From assembly GCA_963716725.1 (NCBI GenBank), contig CAVQUB010000014.1, forward strand, positions 1 through 64,000: DNA of 64,000 nt, written 5' to 3'. Made by a program: the position numbers and the translations under genes. The first letter of the stretch is position 1. Every line of letters begins with the position of its first letter. The notes under the pieces were generated by a model. That model did no database searches, was not told where the DNA came from, and worked only from the letters and a program-made list of their open reading frames with translations. Positions 50,457-60,812 of the stretch are shown piece by piece. The DNA comes from an uncultured delta proteobacterium. GTDB lineage: Bacteria > Myxococcota_A > Polyangia > Polyangiales > Polyangiaceae.

Positions 50457-50480
50457 GCGAGACTCTGGTAATCGCCGCCG

Positions 50481-51323
50481 GTGGCCAAGCTCATCGACGG
50501 CAAGCTTCACGCAAAGACGGTTCGGGACGAGGTCGCGGCGAAGGTGCAGGAGTTCGTCGCGGCGCGCGGGCGACGGCCGGGCTTGCACGTGGTGCTGGCC
50601 GGGGAGGATCCAGCCAGCGCGGTCTACGTGCGGAACAAGGAAAAAGCCGCGGAAGAGGTCGGCATCGCTGGAGCGGTGCACCGCCTGCCCGCGAGCGTCG
50701 GCGAGGCCGAGCTTTTGGCCCTGGTGCGGCGTCTGAACACCGACCCGAGCGTCGACGGGATTTTGGTGCAGCTCCCGCTGCCCAAGGGCATCTCCGCCGA
50801 AAAGGTCCTCGACGCCATCGATCCCGCCAAGGACGTCGACGGCTTCCACCCCGTCAACGTCGGTGCGCTCTGGACCGGAAGCCCGGGCCTCTTGCCCTGC
50901 ACTCCGCGGGGCTGCATGCGCCTCTTGAAGGAGGCGGGCGCGTCTCTCGTCGGAGCGAACGCCGTGGTGATCGGGCGCAGCAACATCGTGGGCAAGCCCA
51001 TGGCGGCGCTGCTGCTGGCCGAGCACGCGACGGTGACCCTGGCGCACTCGCGCACTCGGGATCTGCCCGGGCTGTGCCGGCAGGCCGACGTGATCGTGGC
51101 CGCCGTTGGCAAGGCCAAGATGGTCCAGGCCGAGTGGGTGAAGCCCGGCGCCATCGTGATCGACGTGGGCATGAACCGCGACGAACACGGCAAGCTGTGC
51201 GGCGACGTGGATTTCGCCAGCGTCGAGCCGGTGGCGGGAGCCATCACTCCGGTGCCCGGCGGGGTGGGGCCGATGACCATCGCGATGCTGCTCGACAATA
51301 CCCTCGAAGCCGCCCGGCGCTGA
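50481..51323 (+). CDS. folD: Methylenetetrahydrofolate dehydrogenase/cyclohydrolase
   Basis: [39 protein letters not shown]. Confidence 0.97.
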   Translation: MAKLIDGKLHAKTVRDEVAAKVQEFVAARGRRPGLHVVLAGEDPASAVYVRNKEKAAEEVGIAGAVHRLPASVGEAELLALVRRLNTDPSVDGILVQLPLPKGISAEKVLDAIDPAKDVDGFHPVNVGALWTGSPGLLPCTPRGCMRLLKEAGASLVGANAVVIGRSNIVGKPMAALLLAEHATVTLAHSRTRDLPGLCRQADVIVAAVGKAKMVQAEWVKPGAIVIDVGMNRDEHGKLCGDVDFASVEPVAGAITPVPGGVGPMTIAMLLDNTLEAARR

Positions 51324-51326
51324 GCC

Positions 51327-51962
51327 TCAAGGCGGCGGGTAGCGGCTCGGATCCAGGGAATTTTCCAGGCAAATCGCCTGGAGCACTGCGTCTGCTCGCG
51401 CAAGCGTCGCGTCCATCGAGCCCGAGTTGTCGATCACGTGATCGGCGAGTTTCGCCTTCTCGGAGAGCGGCATTTGCGCCCGGATCCGCGCCTCGGCTTG
51501 CTCCCGAGTGCTGCCGTCACGCTGGGTGGTGCGCTCGATCTGGGTTGCGAGATCCACCACCACGACCACCAGCGGGCGCAGCGCGTCGGCCAGCCCGCTC
51601 TCGATCAGCAAGGGCACCTCGTAGCAGGCGAGGGGCTCGCCCCGCGCGGCCAGATCTTGCACGCGCGCCAGCGCGAGGTCGCGGACGAGCGGGTGAGTGA
51701 TGGCGTTCAGATCGAGGCGCGCGGCTTCGTCGTTGAACACGATCTCGGCGAGCCGCAGGCGATCGAGGGCGCCGTCGTCGTCGATCACGCCGTCGCCGAA
51801 GCGCGCGCGGATCGCTGCGAGCCCCGCAGTGCCCGGCGCGACGACCTCCCGCGCCAACACGTCGGCGTCGACCACCGGCAGGCCCCGAGCGCGGAACCGC
51901 GCGGCGACCGTGCTCTTGCCGGAGCCAATGCCGCCGGTGAGACCGAACACCGTGATGCTCAT
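51327..51962 (-). CDS. coaE: Dephospho-CoA kinase
   Basis: GLTGGIGSGKST, VDAD, ITHP, PLLIE. Confidence 0.96.
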   Translation of the reverse strand: MSITVFGLTGGIGSGKSTVAARFRARGLPVVDADVLAREVVAPGTAGLAAIRARFGDGVIDDDGALDRLRLAEIVFNDEAARLDLNAITHPLVRDLALARVQDLAARGEPLACYEVPLLIESGLADALRPLVVVVVDLATQIERTTQRDGSTREQAEARIRAQMPLSEKAKLADHVIDNSGSMDATLARADAVLQAICLENSLDPSRYPPP

Positions 51963-52015
51963 CGCGGGCCGGAGCATGCCGGTTTTTCCGGGGATTTGCC
52001 TGGTCCCGGCGCACC

Positions 52016-52029
52016 CTGTACAACTGTTC
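52016..52029 (+). promoter_or_regulatory. Operator-like motif CTGTACAACTGTTC (LexA-box-like)
   Basis: Ends 1 bp before the GTG start of the MrfB-like gene; resembles the Myxococcus LexA consensus as recalled (CTRHAMRYBYGTTCAGS). Confidence 0.5.
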
Positions 52030-52030
52030 C

Positions 52031-53261
52031 GTGGATCTCACGCGCCGCCTCTCGCTGCTCGGCCCCGGCCGGCCGGCCTCGACCGAGGTGCCAGCCGAGA
52101 AGCTGGCGACCCTCGACGACCTGCGGGCGCGCATGGCGGAGATCCTCGGACGGCCGCCGGTGGAGCCCGTGCTGCCCGATCCCGGAAGTGACGCTCCTGC
52201 CCTTCGTGCGGCGCGAGACCGACCACGGCCCGCTCTGCGTTCGCCGGGAGCGCCTCGGCCGATCGCACCACGTGGGTCGCATGTGCGTGCACGACGCCGC
52301 CCGGGCGGATCCGCGCCTGCTCGCGCTCCTGGCCCTCGATCCGGGCCTGGCGGCGGTCGATCCGCGCGGCGCGCTCTACCTCGACACCGAGACCACCGGG
52401 CTCGGCGGCGGCGCAGGGGTGCTCGCGTTCTTGGTGGGTTTGGCCTGGTTCGACGCCGACGGCGCCCTGGTGCTCGAGCAGCTGCTGCTGCAACGCCCCG
52501 GAGAAGAAGACGCCCTGCTCGAGCTCTTGCGCGAGCGCATCGAGGCGGCCAGCGTGCTGGTGACTTACAACGGAAAAGCCTTCGATTTGCCGCTTTTGCG
52601 CGGCCGTTGCGTGATGAACCGGCGCCCGGCGCTGCCCGCGCGACCGCACCTCGATCTCTTGCACGTCGCCCGCCGGCTCCACAAGCGCCGCCTCGGGGCC
52701 TGCCGGCTGATCGGGCTCGAGGCGGACGTGCTGGGCTACGTGCGGGTCGGTGACATCGAAGGTGGCGACGTCGCGGCCCGCTACGCTCACTACCTTCGCA
52801 GCGGCGACGAAGGCGCGCTGGCGGCCGTGGTCGAGCACAACGCGCTCGACGTCCTGAGCATGGCGGCGCTGGTGAGTCTGTACGGTGAACCCTTCGACGC
52901 GCTCCACGACGAGGATTTGATCGGGCTCGCCCAGGTGCTCCGCCGGGCGAAGGCCCTGGACCAAGCCCGCGTGGTCGCGGAGCGGGCCGTGGAGCGCGCC
53001 GTCGATCCCGAGGCGCTGCGCGTGCGCGGCGAGATCGCCAAGGCCCGTGGCGACCGCGCCGCGGCGCTGCTCGACTTCGAGGCCTTCGCTCGGGATGTGG
53101 ACGATCAAGCGGTGCGGCTCGAGCTCGCGAAGCTCTACGAGCACCACCTAAAATCCCCGGAAAAGGCCCTGGAAATGCTGGGACAGGGCACTGGGGAGAG
53201 CGACGAGGGACTCGCGCGCCGCCGCGCACGGCTCGAGAAGAAAGCCGCCCGCCGCCGCTGA
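52031..53261 (+). CDS. RNase H-like exonuclease with TPRs (MrfB/YprB-like), frameshift ~52190
   Basis: YLDTETTGL, VTYNGKAFD, HLDLLH, HNALD, LAKLYEH. Confidence 0.9.
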
Positions 53262-53309
53262 CGCCGCCGTCGCGTCCGCCGGCCGCGCGGTGCTATACGC
53301 GTGGCCACC

Positions 53310-55944
53310 ATGGCTTACGACCACCGAGCGGTGGAACCGCGCTGGCAGAAGTACTGGGAAGAGCACGAGACCTTCCGAGTCAAGCGTCGCCCCGGGCGGC
53401 CCAAGGCCTACGTGCTCGACATGTTCCCCTATCCCTCCGGCGCGGGGCTGCACGTGGGGCACCCGGAGGGCTACACCGCGACGGACATCTTCGCGCGCTA
53501 CAAGCGCATGAACGGCTTCGACGTCCTGCACCCCATGGGCTGGGACGCCTTCGGGCTGCCTGCCGAGCAGCACGCCATCAACACCGGGACGCACCCCGCC
53601 ACCACCACCAACGAGAACATCGAGATCTTCCGCCGGCAGCTCAAGTCGCTGGGCTTCTTCTACGACTGGTCCCGCGAGGTGAACACCACCGACCCCGGCT
53701 ACTTCAAGTGGACCCAGTGGATCTTCCTGAAGCTGTTCCACCGCGGACTGGCGTTTCAGGCCGAAAGTCCGGTCAATTGGTGCCCCGCGCTGGGCACCGT
53801 GCTGGCCAACGAAGAGGTCATCGACGGCAAGAGCGAACGCGGTGATTTCCCCGTCGTGCGCCAGCCGCTCCGCCAGTGGCAGCTTCGGATCACCGCCTAC
53901 GCCGATCGCCTCGCCGAGGAGCTCGAGCCCCTCGACTGGCCGGCCACCAAGCAGAAGCAGCGCGAATGGATCGGCAAGAGCGAGGGCGCCGAGGTCGACT
54001 TCCCGCTGGTCGGGCACGCCGGCCACCTGACGGTCTACACGACGCGCCCCGACACGCTCTTCGGCGCGACCTACATGGTGATCGCGCCGGACCATCGGTT
54101 CACGCTCGAGATCACCGCGCCCGATCGCCGGGACGAGGTCGAGAAGTACGTCAAGGCGGCCTCGCGCAAGAGCGACATGGAGCGCACCGCGCTCAACAAA
54201 GAGAAGACCGGCGTGGCCACCGGCGCGCGCGCGCGGAACCCGCTCACTGGCAAAGAAATCCCGATTTTCACCGCAGATTACGTGCTTGGAGCCTACGGCA
54301 CCGGGGCCATCATGGCGGTGCCGGGGCACGACGAACGGGACTTCGAGTTCGCGCAGATGTTCGCGCTGCCCGTCGTCGAGGTGGTGAGCCCCGACGGCGC
54401 GCTGCACGACGCCCTGGGCGCGGCCTACGTCGACGACGGCGTCGCCGTGCGATCGGGGAAGTTCGACGGCCTGCCCACGGCCGAGGCGAAGTCGAGCATC
54501 ACGACCTTCCTCGAAGAGCAGGGCATCGGTCGCCGCAAGGTGAACTACAAGCTGCGGGACTGGGTGTTCTCGCGGCAGCGCTACTGGGGCGAGCCGATCC
54601 CCGTCTACTTTCCGGTAAAAACCCAGGGTGATCCCCGCCAAGGCGCGGCCTACGAGATCGACTACTCGACGCCCATCGCCGTGGACGAAGCCGAGCTGCC
54701 GCTCCTGCTGCCGGAGCTCGAAGACTACAAGCCCGGCGATCCCGCGGGTCCGCTGGCGAAGGCCCTGGACTGGCGTTTCTTCCAGAAGGACGGCAGCTGG
54801 TTCGCCCGCGAGACCAACACCATGCCCCAGTGGGCGGGATCGTGTTGGTACTACCTGCGCTTCCTGGATCCGCACAACGACAGCGAGATTTTCAGCCAGC
54901 AGGCCTACGACGACTGGATGCCCGTGGACCTGTACATGGGCGGCTCCGAGCACGCGGTGCTCCACCTGCTCTACGCTCGTTTCTGGCACAAAGTGCTGTT
55001 CGACGTCGGCGTGGTGAAGCACCCCGAGCCCTTCAGTAAGCTGGTCCACCAAGGCATGATCTTGGGCGAACCCCAGATGACCGCGTATCGCGGCGCGAAC
55101 GCCGCCTTCGTCTCCGCCGATCTGGCTCGCACCGACGACGACGACCGGGTGGTGCACCGGGAGACCGGTGAGGCCCTCGAGGTCGCGCGGGTCGACGAGA
55201 GCGCGGTCGAGAAACGGGGCGGCCACTTCGTGCTCAAGGACAGCCCCGAGGTGAAGGTCCAGTCCATCGCCTTCAAGATGAGCAAGAGCCGCGGCAACGT
55301 GGTGAACCCCGACGACGTCGTGCAGGACGCCGGCGCCGACAGCCTCCGGGTCTACGAGATGTTCATGGGTCCCCTCGAGCAGGTGAAGCCCTGGCAGACC
55401 GCGGGCATCCAGGGCGTCCGCCGCTTCCTCGATCGGGTGCACACCCTGTCGACTCGGGAGCTGTCTGGCGAGATGAGCGCCGAGACCGCGAAGCTGGTCC
55501 ACCGGACCGTGAAGAAGGTGGGGGAGGACATCGAAGGGCTGCGCTTCAACACCGCCATCAGCGCCATGATGATCCTTGCCAACCACTTGAACGGTCTCCA
55601 GCCAACGCCGCGAGAAGCCTTGGAAAAATTGACGCTCTGCCTGTCGACCTTTGCGCCGCATCTGGGCGAAGAGATTCTGGGAGCGACTGGGCCACCCGCC
55701 GACGGTTCTGGACGTGCCCTGGCCCACCCACGACCCGGCCCTGTGCGTGGACGACCAGGTCGAGGTCGTGGTGCAGGTCAACGGAAAGGTGAGGGGTCGC
55801 GCGGTGTTGGCGCAGGACGCCAGCGAGGACGCCGCTCGGGCTGCGGCCCTCGAGGACGAGAACGTCAGCCGGCACGTGGCGGACAAGCAAATCCGGAAGG
55901 TGGTCTACGTCCCGGGGCGCGTGCTGAACCTGATCGTGGGCTGA
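53310..55944 (+). CDS. leuS: Leucine-tRNA ligase (frameshift ~55680)
   Basis: [23 protein letters not shown]-terminal VQVNGK...[11 protein letters not shown]. Confidence 0.97.
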
Positions 55945-56005
55945 ACGCGCGCTGCTGAACGCGCGTATTCCCAACTGAACACAAGCACTTGTGTTGAAAA
56001 CTTGA

Positions 56006-56021
56006 TGTTTCCCGTGAAACG
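56006..56021. promoter_or_regulatory. parS-like site
   Basis: TGTTTCCCGTGAAACG, 14/16 match to TGTTTCACGTGAAACA. Confidence 0.65.
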
Positions 56022-56022
56022 T

Positions 56023-56544
56023 GTGGCGGGTAGCTCCGCGACTTTGCTCGGCCTTGTCCTGGCCCTGCTGGGCCCCGGAGCTTGTGGGTATCGACCGGTC
56101 CACGGCGGCGAGCAGCCCTCCCGCCTGTCGTTGGTGGCTGCGCCGGCCCTGGCGCCGGACGCCGAAGCGACGGGGGCGGCGCTGTCGGGGGCCCGGGCCG
56201 AGCTCGGGCGGGAAGGGGTGTTGGGGTCACCCACCGGGTACCCCCGGCTGGTGATCGAGCTGGTTCGGGTGGACGCCGAGGCGGCCGCCATCTCTGCGAG
56301 GGGCGACCAGCCCCTGGGGCGGGGCACGCGGATCACCGTCGTCGTCCGGGGCTGGGTCGAGGACTCGGCGGGGGCGTCGCCTTCGCGAGTCACCGGTGAC
56401 CTCAGGCGGGCCGTGGTGACCGCGGAGGGGGCAGGCGGCGCTGAGGCGGCCGCGTCGCGCCGGGATGCGGCCAGGCGGGCAGGGGAGGCTGCTGGACGGG
56501 CCGTCGCCCGGCACGTGTTGGGGATCCCGACCGCCCGGGACTGA
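56023..56544 (+). CDS. LptE-like lipoprotein
   Basis: Lipobox GAC-GYRP; position directly after leuS. Confidence 0.6.
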   Translation: MAGSSATLLGLVLALLGPGACGYRPVHGGEQPSRLSLVAAPALAPDAEATGAALSGARAELGREGVLGSPTGYPRLVIELVRVDAEAAAISARGDQPLGRGTRITVVVRGWVEDSAGASPSRVTGDLRRAVVTAEGAGGAEAAASRRDAARRAGEAAGRAVARHVLGIPTARD

Positions 56545-56548
56545 TCCG

Positions 56549-57103
56549 GTCGTGGGCCGAATCCAGAAAAATCCCCTCACTTTCTGCGAAGAAAGCCGCA
56601 ACTGTTTCGGAGTGAGGCCCGACCCCACGGGGATGGCACAGGAAGGGCGAAAGCTCGGAAGATTTGGGGATGGGACGGACGAGGTGATCGGTGCGCTGAT
56701 CGAGGTGCATCGGCATCTCGGTCCAGGGCTGATGGAATCCGCATACGAGGCATGTCTATCTGCCGAGCTGTCCGAACGACGGCTCAAGTTCGAGCGGCAG
56801 CGACCGCTACCAATCCGCTGCGGGGGCGTGCACCTTGACAGCGCCTATCGCCTCGACCTGGTCGCTTCCAGATCATATCCTCCTGGAGCTCAAGGCGGTC
56901 GAGCGGCTGCTCCCGATTCACGAAGCGCAGGTCATCACCGATCTGCGCCTTTCGCAGTTGCCTGTCGGCCTGCTCGTCAACTTCAACGTGACCGCGCTCA
57001 GAAATGGCCTGCGGAGGCTCACGCCTGACCACCCCAAATCCTTTCGCTCTTCCGCCCTTCCTGTGAGAGCCCAAATGAGCGCGGGTTCAGCCGCGCGGCA
57101 CTA
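56549..57103 (+). mobile_element. Left-truncated copy 2 of the IS630-like/GxxExxY element
   Basis: Near-identical to 36222-36906 without the 74 bp expansions. Right end ttcagccgcgcggcac-TA is a 14/16 inverted match to the left TIR of copy 1. Confidence 0.8.
56633..57086 (+). pseudogene. GxxExxY protein with the same +1 frameshift as the 36 kb copy plus a Y-to-D change
   Basis: ORFs 56465-57028 and 56835-57167 carry the two halves; AQVITDL instead of AQVITYL. Confidence 0.88.
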
Positions 57104-57751
57104 CGGCCGCATCGCCTTCTTGAAGCGCTTGGCGTCCGCGAACATGTCCACGTTCGTGAACACGTAGGTCGCCTCTTGGTCGAGGTCGGCGCTGGCGATT
57201 TCAGCGAGCTTCTCGATGGCGGGATCTTCGTAGCGGGACTTGTGGCCAGCGGGTCCCGGGAGGCGGTAGTAGGCCACTGAACGTTTGGATAGACCGTGCG
57301 TCAGCGGATCGCGCGCGGCGAGGCTCCTGGTCTCTTCCGCGAGCGCGTCAGCGTCGTCGGGATCCCAGGCGGAGCCTGGCTCGAACACGATTCGGTTGAA
57401 CTGTTCGCGGACCGACTTGAGGAAGTCTTTCAGCGCGCTGCGGTTGGCGCGGGAGGCGGTGAAGTCGGACGGGGCGACGAAGATCGCCGTGGAGGCGTCC
57501 AGCTCGGCCGCCACATCGCTCAGCTGCTTGAGGGCAGTCTCGATCACTTTTCCCTCGCGAAACCCCTCCTGGCCCACCTGGCGCGGCCCGAGCAGCGCAA
57601 ACTCGAAACCTTCCGGAGCCTCGCGGCGCCAACGACGCAAAGTGCCCGGGCCGGGGACCGCGAGGTGGGTCTCCTGCACTTCGACGAAGAGGTACTCTTT
57701 GAAGTACCTAGTCGCAGGGACAGCGAATCCCGCGCATCCGACCGTCAACAT
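57101..57751 (-). CDS. DUF72 family protein
   Basis: VGCAGF, VEVQET, RRWRREAPEGFEF, FEP, YYRLPG, YVFTN. Confidence 0.75.
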   Translation of the reverse strand: MLTVGCAGFAVPATRYFKEYLFVEVQETHLAVPGPGTLRRWRREAPEGFEFALLGPRQVGQEGFREGKVIETALKQLSDVAAELDASTAIFVAPSDFTASRANRSALKDFLKSVREQFNRIVFEPGSAWDPDDADALAEETRSLAARDPLTHGLSKRSVAYYRLPGPAGHKSRYEDPAIEKLAEIASADLDQEATYVFTNVDMFADAKRFKKAMRP

Positions 57752-57794
57752 GGGCGGGCAACGCTACCACAAGGGCGGGCCCCGTCCACGACCA

Positions 57795-57830
57795 CAAAAC
57801 GCGAACGCCCGAGACATCGTCCCGGGCGTC
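57795..57830 (-). terminator. Probable intrinsic terminator
   Basis: Minus-strand hairpin acgcccgggac-gat-gtctcgggcgt followed by tcgcgttttg, downstream of the lipoprotein gene. Confidence 0.55.
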
Positions 57831-57851
57831 CGTGAGGTTGGCGAGTTCAGC

Positions 57852-58436
57852 TCACTTCTTGGTGAAGCACTCGGTCAAACAGCCCGTGTCCAGGCAAGCG
57901 ATGAGGTCGCTGGTGGCGCCAGCCACCGTGCCGCAGGACGGGGTCGCGCACTGACCGGCGCAGGTGCCCTTGGCCGTGCTCGGATCCGTGCCCTTGTCGA
58001 GCTCGGCCGTGTAGCAGGTCTGGAAGCACGGCATTTCTCCGTCGCCATCCTTCGGGCCGCCCTCCCAGCAGGGGTTGCCCGGGGCCGTTGCCACGCAAAC
58101 CTGGAACTCGGTGCAGCATTTGGCCTTGATGCAGGTCTGACAGGCGTCGGTGGTGTCGCTGGGCTCACAGCTGCCGGGGGTGCCCGGCACGCCGCCGGTG
58201 GCCGGCTCGCACTCGTAGCCCGCCGAGCCGCCGGTCGCGCCGCCGGAGCCCGAAGCTCCGCCGGTTCCGCCGGTCGTTCCGCCGGTTCCGCCGGTCGTTC
58301 CGCCGGTTCCGCCGGTCGTTCCGCCGGTTCCGCCCGTGTTCTCGTCATCGCCGTCGCCGACTACGCAGCCGCCCATGATTGCGAACGAAGTGACCAATCC
58401 GACCGCTGCCAGTGTACGCCAAGCATTTTTCATCAT
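57852..58436 (-). CDS. Gly/Cys-rich lipoprotein
   Basis: RBS gggag, lipobox MGGC, GGTGGTT repeats (21 bp), CxxCIxxxCC module. Confidence 0.85.
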   Translation of the reverse strand: MMKNAWRTLAAVGLVTSFAIMGGCVVGDGDDENTGGTGGTTGGTGGTTGGTGGTTGGTGGASGSGGATGGSAGYECEPATGGVPGTPGSCEPSDTTDACQTCIKAKCCTEFQVCVATAPGNPCWEGGPKDGDGEMPCFQTCYTAELDKGTDPSTAKGTCAGQCATPSCGTVAGATSDLIACLDTGCLTECFTKK

Positions 58437-58676
58437 CGATCTCCCTGTGGTGCCCCAAAAGTCCAACCGCCGCTCGAGCCTATTTTTCAGCGCGCAGGCC
58501 TGATGGGCAAGCCCGAGCTTTGCACAGTCCTCACTCGGTCGCCATCTTCCGGGACGCTGTCGCCGAATACCCGAACATACGTAACTTGAAGCGCAAAATT
58601 CCCGAAACCAACCAGCTCTCACCGCGCCCTACATGAGCCGCGGGATCACGCCGGTTCGACGGAGTTGCCCGAGGCC

Positions 58677-60236
58677 TTATTCGCCCTTGGGCTCGCGGCG
58701 CCGGAAAAAGGCCATCCCCAGGGCGGCAGCGCTGACGAGCCACCAGGGGGCGTCGCCCACCGCTCCGTACAGCGTCCATGGTCGGAGCCAGGCGATCTCC
58801 GCGGCGATGGCTTCCTGGCGGAAGGTGCCGGTGTGGCCCGCGACCCGGCCCACCGGATCGACGAAGGCGCTGACGCCGCTGTTGGTGGACCGCACCAGGA
58901 ACCGGCGGTGCTCGACGGCGCGCAGCTTGGCCAACGCCAGGTGGATCCAGGGCTCCGTGGTGTCGCCGAACCAAGCGTCGTTGGTGATGTTCACCAGCAG
59001 GTCGGTGGGTCCGGTCCGGACGATGGACCGCACGAACGAAGCGCTGATGTCCTCGTAGCAAATGAAAGTGGCCAGGCCGTGGCCGTCGAGTTGCAGCGGC
59101 GCCAAGGTCTTTCCGGGCGTGAAGCGGCCGGAGTTCCGCGAAATCTCATAGAGCTTGGGGAACTGCTCGCCGAAGGGCAGGTACTCGCCGAAGGCGAGCA
59201 AGAACTGCTTGTCGTAGCGCCCCGTGACCTCTCCCCGGGCGTCGCTGAGCAGCGCCGAGTTGAACAGCACGTAGCCCCGGGCGTCGTCCACCCGCCGCAC
59301 CAGCACCGCCCCGAAGATCGCGGGCGCGCCCAACGACGCCGTGAATTGGTTGCGGTACATCGCCGGGGCGATCTCTTCGTCTTGCGGGGAGACCACGCTG
59401 GTTTCGCTCCAAACCACCAGGTCGAGGGGACCGGCGGCTTGCAGTTCGCGCGTGAGGGCGAGGTGTCGGCGCAGGCCCTCCTGTTTGGCCTGACGCTTGC
59501 CCATCAGGCTCATGTTCGCCTGCACGATCCCGACTCGGGCCTTGGGCGCGGCCCGGGTCTGGGCATCGACCATCGGGATGCGGACGAGGCCGTAGATCGC
59601 TGCGGCGACCGGCACCCCGGCCAAGGCGCCCACCACGCGCATTCGGGGCTTGCGCCCCTCGAGCTTGGCGACGATCGGCTCTGCGATGGCGAGGTTGGCG
59701 GCCACCAGGACCAGCCCGACGGCGATGGGCCCGCCGAGCTCGGCCAGCTGCAGCAGGGCCGGGATCTGGTGCACCGTCGCCGCGTAGGCCCAGGGGAACA
59801 GGAGCGGAAAGAGCAGCTCGCTCGCGGTGAAGGCCGCCGCGAACGCCACGCCGGCGGGCCAGCCGCGATGGGCGGCCCGGGCGTAGAGCCACCCGCACAG
59901 CGCCATGCGTCCGGCCTGGTACGCGCACAGGATCGACATGAAGACCAGGCACAGCGCCGTGGGAAAGCCGCTGAAGATCTTCAGCATGTCGAGCAGCCAA
60001 TAGAAGCCACACATCGTCATGGTGAAGCCGGCGAGCCAGCCGAGGCCGGCGCCGGTACGGGGTCGCTGGGCGCGCAGCGCGAGGATCAGCGGCACGAACG
60101 CCACGAAGCCCAGCGGCCACAGATCGACGCCCGGAAACGCCAAAAAATAGAGCAGGCCGGACAGCAGCGCGAGGGCGGTGGCCGGGCGCTTCTTCAGCGG
60201 AAAAACCCCGGCAGGGGGGGCCTCGTCGTCGGTCAT
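58677..60236 (-). CDS. lnt: Apolipoprotein N-acyltransferase
   Basis: VWSET, YDKQFLLAFGEY, ICYED, NITNDAWFG, RSTNSGVS. Confidence 0.95.
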   Translation of the reverse strand: MTDDEAPPAGVFPLKKRPATALALLSGLLYFLAFPGVDLWPLGFVAFVPLILALRAQRPRTGAGLGWLAGFTMTMCGFYWLLDMLKIFSGFPTALCLVFMSILCAYQAGRMALCGWLYARAAHRGWPAGVAFAAAFTASELLFPLLFPWAYAATVHQIPALLQLAELGGPIAVGLVLVAANLAIAEPIVAKLEGRKPRMRVVGALAGVPVAAAIYGLVRIPMVDAQTRAAPKARVGIVQANMSLMGKRQAKQEGLRRHLALTRELQAAGPLDLVVWSETSVVSPQDEEIAPAMYRNQFTASLGAPAIFGAVLVRRVDDARGYVLFNSALLSDARGEVTGRYDKQFLLAFGEYLPFGEQFPKLYEISRNSGRFTPGKTLAPLQLDGHGLATFICYEDISASFVRSIVRTGPTDLLVNITNDAWFGDTTEPWIHLALAKLRAVEHRRFLVRSTNSGVSAFVDPVGRVAGHTGTFRQEAIAAEIAWLRPWTLYGAVGDAPWWLVSAAALGMAFFRRREPKGE

Positions 60237-60718
60237 TCGGTGCGCTTGATGATGTGGAAGCCGAACTCGGTCTCGACCACGTCGGAGATTTGCCCGACGT
60301 CCAGGCGGAAGGCCGCGTCCGCGAAGGCCTTGGTCATCGTGGAACGATCGAAGGCTCCGAGGTCGCCGCCTCGGGTCTTGGCGCTCGGATCGTCCGAGTG
60401 GTCCTTGGCAGTGGCCTCGAAGATCGCACCACCGCGGAGGCGGGTCAGAAGCTGGCCGGCCAGCGCGCGCGCGTCGTCCTTGGAGCGCGTCGCGCTCGAC
60501 CGGGCGGAGCCCTGGTACGCGACCAGGACGTGGGACGCGCGCACCTTGGTCAGCGCCGCGTTGGGGTCGGTCGGCGGTGGCGCGGCGCGGGGCGCCGGGC
60601 TCACGGTGATCGCGTCGCTCGGGGGTGACTTGGACGAGCTGGACGAGCTGGACGGGGCAGTGAGATCGGCGCAGCCCGTCAGCGTCAACCACACGAGCGC
60701 GAGGCAGAGGCGAGTCAT
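60233..60718 (-). CDS. Parvulin-type peptidylprolyl isomerase (lipoprotein)
   Basis: LTGC lipobox, RASHVL, GGDLG, VETEFGFHII. Confidence 0.92.
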   Translation of the reverse strand: MTRLCLALVWLTLTGCADLTAPSSSSSSSKSPPSDAITVSPAPRAAPPPTDPNAALTKVRASHVLVAYQGSARSSATRSKDDARALAGQLLTRLRGGAIFEATAKDHSDDPSAKTRGGDLGAFDRSTMTKAFADAAFRLDVGQISDVVETEFGFHIIKRTE

Positions 60719-60812
60719 CGCCCTGCTCCTAGGCCCACGGCCGGTGCGTTTCAACCTGGATCTCGGGGCCGCGGTCCGGGGCGGCTTGCCGAGCGGTCGA
60801 ACGCCGGCAAAG

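Noticed and set aside
29786..55944. Pseudogenisation or programmed frameshifting of ileS, leuS, mrfA-like, mrfB-like and others
   Set aside because: Scattered single-base indels in essential genes with intact motifs, clustered in patches (e.g. 45.8-47.6 kb), are best explained by sequencing or assembly error.
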